Below, piece by piece: positions 40,901 through 52,900 of a DNA stretch of 64,000 bases. The notes below the pieces were generated by a model. It ran no database searches. It was given only the letters and a program-made list of their open reading frames with translations, and was not told the origin of the DNA. Each line of letters begins with the position of its first letter. Within the stretch, counting starts at the first letter, position 1. The stretch is from Phoronis australis (Eukaryota; Animalia; Phoronida), in NCBI GenBank assembly GCA_002633005.1, contig NMRA01000434.1, positions 133,884 to 197,883 on the forward strand. The letters are read 5' to 3'. The translations under genes and the position numbers were made by a program.

Positions 40901-43900
40901 CAGGACCACCAGCTCAGTTATCGAATTAACATGAATAAGCCTTAATTCAGTAAATGTCGTAACATTGCATTGGAAAAAAAATGACACCTAGAATGAATTT
41001 TACTTGTTGAGATCAGAAGCACATTTTAAGTTTCATGATAATACACATTGTTAAATCACTTTTAGCCTGTTTCACATATTTTAATTCAGATATTAAATAA
41101 GACTGGGTACAAAGGTTATTAGTTTCTACACATAAACATGAAGATGAAATGTCAAGTATGTTCTGCCTTACAAAAGTAGTTTTGTCTTGTCTTGTCTTTT
41201 CTTTTACAATTTGTTAATATTTCTATTTGGTTACAGGCAAGAAAAAACAACTGAAACCAACCGCCTGACCATCTATTTCACCGTTGGACAAAGTGAAAAG
41301 CAATCCTTCAGCAATAACCTGAGAGAATTGAACGTAATTCAGAAATTCAGCACCTGATATGCCTGATTATGGACTCCCTCGCAATGTTGTTTCTTTCTGT
41401 GCTTTTTCAGTTTGCCATTTGTTTTTAAATACACTGATAATTGTTTATTCTCGAATCTTGTGCATAGCAGATTCTTATCCAGCTAGCTACAATTGAAAAC
41501 ATACAATAAGACAATCGATGCAGTCACTGAATGTCATTTCCCCATAATCTGTACCAAATTGAAAAGTTTTTACCAATAGTATAAAGCCTTTCTTCTGAAA
41601 GGAAAATTTAATGTCACTCAGCTTTTGGCTTTCATTTCACTGGGTTCTAGTTTCAATGGCCTATAGAAGCGCTTGTAAAAAAGGTCCAGTTTCAACACGT
41701 GGCTTTCTTTCATGTAACCTCATTCAGCCTCAATAACATCCACAATTAGACCCTTGAAGGTAAACACAGCAGCATATCACTTGAATCGTTTTGAGCCCAA
41801 AATCAGACTCTGAACTAGACCAGAGTGTGACTAGGTCTTCTTTAGCTTCAGTCCCTCATGTTTCTTCCAGGAAAGGAAATAAGCTATTGTCCACACATGA
41901 CTCATTGCCTATGAAAGGGCATCCTCACCAACAAGGCTTATTTGTGTAGCAGTCAGATATAGTTCGTCTGGATACACAGACACTCCACTGGCACATTGTC
42001 TTATGGTAACTTAGTACTGCGATTCACATTTCTCCAGGGCCACTGACTTGCACATTGTGCCATGCAGCACTGCTGGTGTGTGGAAGTGCTGTGGGAAGAG
42101 AACGGAGTAACAAAGCTTGTCTATGATACAGCTTGAAGTGGCCTTAAAATGTCACTGAACCTGGAACAAATATTGAAATATGAATAATTAAGTACTCCAG
42201 ATTGGATCAAAAATGTTATCCCTGTTTTTCAAAAATATATGGTGATTGGTCTACAGTTTCACATAAAAGTAAATAATTACTATTTTCAGAAACCAAGGGT
42301 GTATATAATGAGTATTGCATAAAACTGTGTCTTTATTTTTTATCCCTAGCCATAACAATTCTTTAAACGCATCACTTGTCTGTAAAATATACAAGTTTTT
42401 TGAGACAACTTCAAACCTTTGTTACCCATTTTCAAGCCTTTTTAATTTTGATACTTTCAGCAATTTTAAACTCAGATTACAGGTTCATGGGTCTGTCAAG
42501 CATACTTCTAGCCTAAGGTTGAGGGAACCGTTTTTCTTCTAATAGAAGATATGAAGACTTGGGTCATTTAAAAATGATGGATAATCTTTCTGTTGTTTAA
42601 GAGTAATTACAAATCGTAAGGCACCATCAAAAATGCAATTTTCACAAAAATGGCAGTCATTTGAATTTATAACGACTTGCAACATTTCAAGGCATGAGTT
42701 AAGACTATTCAGTCACTGTGAATTCGGAAAATGTAATATATTTTCGTGGTTTTACAATTGATACAAGTAGCAAAACAGTTTCATGAAATCAACTTGAAGG
42801 GACTTCGTGAAGGTTAAGAATTACCTCACCATGCTCTTTTCCCCAAACATGTATTACCTGTTATTTCCACACATTCAGTTGTACCAAATATTACAACCCC
42901 CCATGCCAATCCCCCCTCAGGACCTGAATAAGTAATTTAACAAAATGACTTTAAAAATAGCTGTTCCTTTTCAAAGGCTTTGTTCGTTGTCTCCAATATT
43001 GAAAGTAGGCTTTGACAACAGATCTGCACTGGATGGGAAGATCTTGTTGGTTAGCTGCAGTCAAATGCTAAAAACCAATTTTTGTCCATTCAGGGACGGT
43101 GCAGAAGCGATGCATATCTCCTCTGCACGGTACAAGCCTTCAAACCTAAAAACCAAAGGTTACGTGAAAACTGACGTGATAGATTTCCATTTCAACGTGT
43201 AATAGATTTCCAGAAGACATATGATAGGGAGTAAACAAATAGTCTAATGCAATGGATATTTATCACTCACGTACCCTTTGCCATTGGGATTGGATTGTAA
43301 TCTTAACTCATTAACCTGTATCGAGTTGACAGCATAAACATTCAGCATTGATTGATGTAACTGTCACTGATAAACTTTTAGAAATCATTCCAAACAATAA
43401 TAATGCTTTGATGTACGAAAAGATCCCGATTGCTACGTCAAGTATCGTATCACATATCACAACATACAAAGATTAACCAGACTCTGGCTGGCGACTGACT
43501 GCCGCGAAGTCGACATCGGCGAGTGCCTCAGTTAACAGGCATCGGTAGAATAATCATGGAATAATCGTTAAAATAATCACAAACCTTACCTTTGTATGAG
43601 GTTGTGCTTACTTCCTCTCATAGAAGCACCCTTTTCACGCAATCCCAGATTCAGTTGGCACGGCTGCAAGCCATTTCACCATGTATTTAAAGGGCTCGCG
43701 AAATCGAGGCTGTTAATCTATCACCACTAGTACACACACGCCCTCTAGTTATTGCAGATTTTCCGAATAGCCCCATTGCTCGCCACTTCGTTGATTTATC
43801 TCCTACAAGACAAATCACGTCTCCTTATTTGGTATGGCAAGACATAGACGTAACACATTTCCCTTATATGGAAAATGTGACCTTTGACTTCAAGCAACTG

Positions 43901-46900
43901 ATTGTGAGCGCATGCACGCATTTATAATAAGTGGAAGTGAGATTAGAAACTCTGTGGTAACCACAGTTTTCCTTTGCTTGTATTTCAAAAATCGTGATTT
44001 TTTCTGGAAATGTGCTCATTTCTCACAGGGGAAATTTAATTACTCTGTACTAGACGCTGTGAGATTATACTTTCGTCAAGAATTGTTTTAGAGCTATTTT
44101 ATTTTTTGATTAGCTTTCGCGTTCCATGCCATGTTTAAACTCTCAGGACACATTTAACTATTGCTGTATTTCCAGGTTGTTCGAAATGGATACTTGAAGA
44201 TCCAAAACTTGCCCTGTGGCTCATTTATCCAGATGAACCACCTTCAACGTTTGCACAGACAGTCAAATTATCGAATGTTGTACACTGTGGAAATTTGGTA
44301 TGCTTTTTACATTCACCAAACTACATTGATACTTTAGTTAACATTCAGGCTACTACAAGCAAATTATTTCTAATGCATATCATCACGTTTCGTCATCAAA
44401 ACGTGTGGGTATTTTATTTCATAGATATTCTTTTAATTGATACATGCATGTCACCAACAAACAAGTGTTTTATAAAATGGTAACGCTGTGAATATTTTAA
44501 CCCATATTGTGATATAGACGGCCTTGATTCTAGTTACTGTTTTCGGGAAATTAGTGAAAATGATTTATCACACTGTAAACGTTGAACAAAGTCGGTGCAG
44601 GTGCGGTGCGTATTTAAGCAAGCATTCAAATAGTGTTTTTTGCACATTGGTAATAAGGGTTTTATGAAAAACTGATGCTTATTTCTTCAGCCTCCTTCAG
44701 AAAGCAGCTGGAATGACCTTATGACTTTAGCTAGAGTCATGAAAAGTGCTAGGCTACAACTGAAGAATGCCAACTTGTGGGATCTTTTTATTAACATTGA
44801 ATCCAAACTCATTCCTCTGCTATCTGTCCTTGAAGATACACCTTTGCAAGTTGACATGGCAAAGTTAAAAGAGTTTGGATCCGTGCTACATGTAAGCTAA
44901 TTATTTATTTGGCAGTAAGTCGTATAGTAATGATGGTCACTCAAGTGAAATCTGATTTTTATGTCTCCATGTATTGCTTTTTTCATTCAACTTAAATTTT
45001 ATTGGCTGCATCCGCATTTTTTCGCTTCAATATCAGTTTGTATTTATTATATTGTAGAAGAAACTATGCAGGCTGGAAGCTCAGGCGCACGAAGCAGCGG
45101 GACAATACTTTGTTCTCACAAGTACCCAACAATTAAGACAGGTAAGCACTGACACGGTGTCGAGTACTACATAAAATGGGCACTTGAATGCTACATATTG
45201 CTTGTACCCATTATAGAGCGGATTGTTCCGAGACCCGGCCCCTCAATCCTCTCGACCCACAACTCCCTCGACTCTTGACCCCCACAACCACCTCGACTCA
45301 CGGCCCACAATCCTCACGACCTAATCTACACAAGCTCGACTCGATCTGAACATAAAGGAAGCGTTGACTTTCAGGAGTACTAAAGAGTCAGGTCGTGTAC
45401 TCGGCTGGCGTTTCCCTGTTTTTTTTTGCAATGAAGAGAGTCTATTCGGCAAGTTTGAAAGCCAAAACTATAAAAAATGCGCGACCAAATCAAGTCAAAG
45501 ACCTACCAACTTTACACATGTCGTTCCCAGTAGGGTGTAATCGTCTCGTCTGCTCTTCAATGAATAACATATTCAAGCTTTTTGGGAGAGTTCGAGGAAC
45601 CGACAAATATGTAATTTCTTCTTTAAATGCAGTTTGAAAAACAAACTGTTGAGTAAAACCATAGCTCAACATTACATGGAGTATATTGTAACAAGAGAAA
45701 GCAAACTATAAAAATGTAAAATTATGTGCATTCACGTTAACGCACAGTTTCCCTAAGATTAGGAGAACAAGACCATTGGTAGCCGCTCGTGGAACTATTT
45801 CCGTGACAACAAGGGGGTCGTGGGTTGTGGGTGTCGAGAGGATCGAGGGGGCTTTAGAACAATCCTTATAGTTCTCTAGGGAATATTGTTATATACGATG
45901 TTCTCGTCCAGTGTGATGTTAGTTTGTTTATTGTAGACACGTTGAGAAATGAAATTGCATGACTTAACAAAACAAATTCTCAGTGATTTGGTCGCTTCAG
46001 GTGCTGTTTGAGGTATTGAAATTGGATTCCAAGCTACCAGCTTCCTCAAAGATGACAAGAACAGCCTCTGGGAACCATAAATCAACGTGTGAATCTGTCC
46101 TTAAAATGTTGGCAAAATACCACCCTTTACCAGACATTGTATTGCAACACAGGCAGGTGCGGAATTTAGAGGCAGATTTTGAAAAGTCATTTTCTGTTCT
46201 TACCTTCATTGAATAACAAATCAAACAACACTTCTGAGACTTGTCAGACAAACAACCCTTGCTTACATTAGTAAATTACATCTTTTGATTTGAAAACGTT
46301 CTGCTAGACAGCTTGGTGTACACTCACTAATACTCCCTGTACAATCACAAACTTCCGTTGTGCAGTTGTAAAGCGAAATGCCAACAGAAATTACAAACAA
46401 ACATTTAAATAGGAGCTATAGTGATTTCGAGAGCAAAGTGTCTTATCTTCAGGGACTTGGTAAACTGAACGTGGACGCGAAATAAAGGAACAGCAGAGTA
46501 GAAGCGAGAGAGAGTGTAAATGTACCTAATGGTAGGAAGTGCACAAGCCTAACAGGACAGAGCTAGTGTTCATGTAACACCTGTGAAGTGCACATTCAGA
46601 ACAGGTTTTTCATGACTGACTTTTTAGAGGAAACTAGCTTTCACGGTGTTATTCAGCAAGAAAAAATTAATACAGTTGTGTCTTCGATTTTAAAAATCTG
46701 AGCTATTTACTGAAATCACACCAACTTAAATGACATCCGAAAGACTACCGATTGTGTTTCCACTTTCCATTGGTTAAGTGACTTCTGCATTCAGTTGACA
46801 GGTTCAGTTGGTAGTGCAAATGTGTCTGGGATTTTAAGACTGGGGTAACACGGTATATAATTGTATAAAATCTCGTCATGAACTTGATAACTTCTGTTCA

Positions 46901-49900
46901 ATGCTTCTAGTTACAGAAACTCAAATCCACGTATGTGGATGGCCTCGCAACCCACGTGACACATAACCAGCTCTTCACTCACTGGGATCAGATTTCAGCT
47001 GCCACTGGAAGATTGACATCCACCAATCCTAACATCCAAACTATTCCTAAAACATCAGTTGAAGTTACTGATTATGAACCGAATTTCGTCATAGGTATGT
47101 GTCTTAGCTGGACTAAACAAAACCATTCATGCTGTTATCATTTTTTTACCCTTGTCCAAGTTCATTGATATTGTTTCCTATTAAACATGTACAAAGGCTT
47201 GAAATGGAACACTGACGTCTAGAAAGTTATTTCTAATTTCAGGAAAAGCATCTGAACCATATACGATTCACGTCAGAGATGTGTTTATTGCAAGAAATGA
47301 ATGGTCTTTTATATCAGCGGGTATGTGTGGAATTCACTTCTTATATATCTTGTTCTCATATGGTTAAATACACCTCTTAGTTATATTTTGTGTTCGTCAT
47401 GACCAATCAATCATCCTTTTACTGTTGCAGATTTTTGTCAGATAGAATTGCGACTATTGGCACATTTCTCTGAAGACACAGCTCTTCTGAAGATTTTCCA
47501 AGATGACAGAAACACCGATATTTTTGTCGAGCTGACTTCAACATGGCAAGCCTTAACAAATTTTAACTCATAATGCATGGAACAATCAAATAATTTTGAA
47601 TTTAATTTCTGATGATTGTTCAGTTTTATGTATGACCTCGGAAGTCCTTTATTAAAACCTAGATATCAGATTTGAGCATCTTTGCTTCATAATTTATCCC
47701 ATTTGTTTACACATTTTTTACAATGTTTAGTGTTCTATATGTATGTATGTGTGTATGAATGAATCAATGAATGAATGAATAAATGAATGAGTGAATGAAT
47801 CAGGCCCGTAGCCAGAGTGGTTCGATGGGTTCGAACGACCCCCCCCCCCTTCCGCGGAAAAGGTCCAGCCCCAGCCTATCGGTTAAAGATATATAGGATG
47901 CAGATGGACAACAACAAAATTGTTACAGCTATTGGTACTACTAACTACAATGATAACTAAGATAGTGATAATTTTGTTGATTCCGATTCAAAGTGCTTCA
48001 CGTAATCATCGGGCCGTACCCGGCCAACTTTGCCCGAGTGGTATTTTCGTAGATTACAGGATCGCGCAGACGATTAGAGAAACAAGGCTTTACGTTACTC
48101 ATTGTTACTGAACACAAGTGGTGGTTACATCGTAGGGTAACAAGGGAGTCTAGAAGTAAATGTCTATACCTAGCTAAGCTATATACCGTCAGAGGTCCTA
48201 AAGTCGTGAGTGCCCTAAAGTCGTGAACGATCTTATTTCCTCTTTTGCGCGGTCCTGCGACATCTGGCGTTGAAGTTTCCAGCTTTCGTCTGCTTACGAA
48301 CGTCAAACGAATGAATACCCGGACGAGTTCGTATTCACAATATGATAACAAACAGTGAGTGAGTGGCTTCTTTTTTTCAAATGTATCTTAAAAACAACAT
48401 ATTTCACTAATTCACTTTTTGGGGCATTTTTGGGATATATTTTCGAAAATATTTATCGTTCAGATTTACTCAAACACGCGCTCCTGGGGTAGCTTGAACA
48501 ATGTATCAAAATGTCCCAGGGTCGATCAAGTTTTGTAAGGCCAAAACAATAAAATACAGAGCGATGATTGATGCTGGGTTCTTAGCGTTTTATGTGAACA
48601 ACCTCATTGTAAACGTCTGTGCACATCAAAGTTGGGTGCAAAACTTATAACAATTTATTTCAATTGAAACTGAATTAATAAACAATGCAATGCATTTTTA
48701 TGTCCTCTAGAGTAACTGTAAGCACTGTAGTTGACTTATGTGGTCATACTTCGTGCATTTCCGTCTAAACGAAACGTTCACGACTTTAGGGCCTCATTCA
48801 AAATGGCCGGCGATATCAGCGACAGTTTTAAAACTCTGCTTACGGATACAAACAAAGATTAAGATTTCCAAAACACGTGTATATGTGAAGACTGATATAT
48901 GTCCATGACATCACATGAGCAGTTGCAAACGGACACTGGGTAGTATGACAATCAACTGCTTATTATGCTTATATTCACGACTTTAGGTCCAACGCCAGAA
49001 ATTTGTAACATGCACTACTGCGCATGCGCTAAATCTTGCCAGCAGTCCTCCATAAGAAATACATAAGAACAGACTATAATCAGGAATTTATAAGTGAGGG
49101 GAGATAACTACACAGTTTGCCGATAGCCTGTCGCATAGAGTGTATGTTAAGACTTGTTACTGCCAAATATCAGCGTCATTGGTGAAAATTTTCCACGTCT
49201 CTTGAAGTTTGAAGTTTGACCCGTTCAGGCCTATGTTAACGATCGTCCGGAAGCCAATATTTGAGCGCATAGCTCATTTTGAAGTCAAGTTTGTGGCTGA
49301 ATTCATTTTGCCATCGGATTTGCCGATAGCGTAGGTGATTAGCAGGAGTACTCAGAGGTTGCTGGTATAAATTTCATGCTGTTTTTCGAAAATTTTTCCA
49401 CGTCTCTTGTGTTCAGAAAATGGATCCACGTACAGTGCTGTGAGATGAAATGTTGCCGATCACCCGGCTGTCTTGCAATGGAATTTAGATGAGAGATTAG
49501 CTCAGAATCGGTAAGAAACTGTTATGTTCATTTTCTGATCCGGTATGAGTTTAGAAATACTTTCGAAGCTTGAAAAAAGTCGGATTTTATACAGTTTTAT
49601 GCAGGTTTTTCGCCTGTGAGATAGTTGATACTAGTTATCTTCAAAATGTTGTTTCGTTTTCCGTGATCCACAGAACGTTGTCCTTTCGTCTTAATTTAAT
49701 GCTGTTACATTGGAGTGGATTCCGGACACAAATATGTATTGGCAAACATCTGAAGATTAATAAAAAAGCGCTTTGACAGCCCGCTTAACTTAAGGCTGAA
49801 AGCACACGCCGGTTGGCTGGCGTTCAATTCACTTTTGTTGTGCTTATGTGTATGCCTACAAGTTAAGATAGAGCTGTGACCCCCAATGACCCAGCTAGCA

Positions 49901-52900
49901 GTGTCATACTGTAGACAGTGAAATTCCAGCGTCACCTAGCGGATGAAGCGAGAGAGCTCCGAAAAAGTCACACTGCGGTGTGAATGCCTTAAAATCGACC
50001 AAGAAACAAAACAGCAGAAAATGGGTTTGTTAGCTGATATTGCTTGTTAGCATAGTACGGTAAAGGGCAGGCGTTTTCAAATTTGTAATTGAAAGTGTTC
50101 GTCAAATCTATACCGGTATGTTTTTCATCCAGTGTCCAGTTCGATTGTGGATTAAATTCAGTAGAAGCCGACGGTAAGTTAACTATAGGCAGCCTTCCGT
50201 GGTAGGTTGCTCAAAAACCAGAATTTAACTATAACCGTGTTTGCTTGCTCTGAGAAAACACCGACGAGCACGTTCACATTTTTGGGGAAAAGTAGGTGAG
50301 GTCTAGAAAAAATAAAAACTTTGGTCAATGAAGTTAGGCCTCTCTTGTCAATGATGTCAATGGTGCACAGCCTTACAGACTTCATACAAGCAACTAACTT
50401 GATGGAAAAGATTTCCAAGGTTAGATACCACTATTCCGAAGGTCCACTACTCCGAAGGTTCGCCACCTTCGAAAGTTCACTACTTCGAATATCCATCATT
50501 CCAAAACCAGAACTCCGACAGTTATTTTTTTTTTTCTTAAATATAACCACAGTCCCAGGAGTCGCTTTCGCAATATATGGAGGTTCTTATTCACACCCTT
50601 GCACATGTTCACTATAAGACCGAGCTCAGAGGAGTAGGAGACACCTTTGTTCAATGCAGCCAGTGAAGCCAGGATTCGAACTCGGGTCTTCCAAACAGGA
50701 GTCCCGACCTCAAACCACTGAGCCACACAGTTCATTACTCTGATTGTCTTCTAATGAGTCGTAAGAAACTTAAATGAATTATTGTATTTGTGTCCATTTA
50801 GTAAGCATTTAAAGGTTTTGTGCAAAAGTTGATTAGCTCTTAATACATTGATTTCATTGTTTACAAATGAGCTCGTTCCAATCACTGCCAATCTTAATTC
50901 TTGAATCTAACTAACGACTCATTCTCAACCATGGACAATATGTGGGGCACGGGACAGGGCTACGGCGACCAACGTTTTTCATGTTAAAAAGACCATGCGC
51001 GCACCCAGACTAAAAGATTGGGGGCTCGAATTTTTCGCTATGTGGACCTTTTACTGTGAAAAGATAACGAGAATTAAAAAAGAACGGGGTGCTAGGTTCA
51101 GACCCATGAATTGTGCATTAGCGCCGAATTCCTGTCGACTTTTGTCTCGTTTTCTCAGACTTTTTCTTGCTCTGAGGCGGACATTTTTGCCCCATTCGAG
51201 CCCCCGAAACCCCCTGGGTGCGCGCATGGAGACTGAATGGGGCTCACCGACTTCGTGAAAAGTGGGAGGGACAGGGTAGCTTGCTAACTACATTTAATTT
51301 CGACCCGCCATGTGCGTGGTTCTGGTGAGTGAGGTTCAGTCGCAACGGCTCTAAACTTTTCAGTCGCGCTGTGAAATGATGCGACCATGAAATGGATTGA
51401 TGAATGTATATTCCTACTCCATATTTTTTGAAATGCAATAACGTTCTCATTTTCCGTGTTCGTAAAACATGCGGGCAATTTCACATGCGCATGAAATCAA
51501 AACCAAATATTTTATTTCCCGGACGTAGTTTTCGGTATAGGTACACCGTTAAGTGTATGTATCATTCGTTTTTGCATGTTAAAGTGTAAAAATACACATA
51601 AGTTGAAAAAGTTAGATCTCTTCGTAGTAATGAACCTTCGAAGTAGTGAACCTTCGGAATGATGAACCGAATGGTGAGTAGTGGGCTGTTCCCATTTCCC
51701 ACGGCGTAAGCAACTTAAGAAACAAGCAAAAATACAACCATATAGATAAAAATGAATTTCGCCAAGTTATTTTCCGAATAAATATTTCTGTCCGAGTGGG
51801 TGTAATCACTCATTTAAGCATGCCTGATTGGAAAATTTGGCAAGAAGTAACGCGAGAACGTTTTAAACCACGTTACATCCAAACTGAGTCTCGTTCTTTG
51901 CGAGCAACCGTCACAGCATCCTGATCTCTGGTATTATTAATTCCGTCTCATCTCAAAAACATAGAGCTGAGAGTCATTGCTGTGTATACAAATTTCCCTT
52001 CTCCCTTCACAGTGTCGACGTTTGCAAAATATCAAAGGTTCACCGTTCAAGAAATTCGAACCACCCCCGCGCAATGCTAGCTACGGGACTGATGTATAAG
52101 TGTGTGTGTGCGCGCGCGCGCGTGTGTGTGTGTGTTCATACATTTGTATATCTTTTCCCACAGTATTTCAGTACTACAGTATTGGAAATCATAAAAAGCC
52201 ATTGAAGTTTACTTGTATAGGTTAGACAAACCTGTTGGTGCTGTTGGTGATGACGACAGAGAAAGAACTAAGCGTGTTGTATATTCAATAATGTATGGTG
52301 CTGGTGAGTTACACCTTTCACCCATATGTGGGCAGTGCTTTGATAATATAACTAACAAATATGGGATAACTGACATATTTTATAAGTAGCACTGCTGTTA
52401 CAGTCGTGATATAGTGTCATGGGCAAAAATGATCAATCTCTGTTGTAGTGCTCTAAATTATTTTGATAACAGCGAACAATTATAAATGTGATAGATAAAC
52501 TATTTTTCTAATGACGTTTTGTTAATCTCAACCTGACTGATTTTTCACTGTCGGTATCACTGCAGGTAAGAAGACATTGGCCGAGTACTTGGATGTGAAG
52601 CATGAAGATGCTAACGCTATAATGCGTAGCTTTCTCAGTAAGAGTGCTCCAAAATATTAGTTTTCCTTCTCCCACCATCGAAATAAAGACAATTACTTCA
52701 CATTGATATCAAGATAAAAGATTTACGAGATATGTTGTTATTTTCTATACAGCAATGCAACCACTTTGCTTGCATTAGATTATTATACTTAGCAATCTGT
52801 GGCAGATCTTATGGATCCTTGTCTGTATGTCTGTCCGTCTGTCTGTCGGTTTTTGTGACTGGCATTCTTTACGGTGTATGTTTGTCTGTCTTTCTGTATG

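Larger units (their letters stand above)
50419..51693. mobile_element. Non-autonomous DNA element with ~15-16-bp subterminal repeats (GGTTCACTACTTCGAA-like)
   Basis: Tandem copies at 50428-50490 and inverted copies at 51621-51668. Confidence 0.65.
47801..52091. mobile_element. hAT-like non-autonomous element ends enclosing nested insertions
   Basis: CAGGCCCGTAGC at 47801 and GCTACGGGACTG ending at 52091, with ttcgaac..ccccc motifs near both ends. No clean TSD was seen. Confidence 0.5.

Noticed and set aside
50664-50733. tRNA gene
   Set aside because: A and B boxes are present, but the acceptor stem does not pair and a body with an A-rich tail follows. It is better explained as a SINE head.
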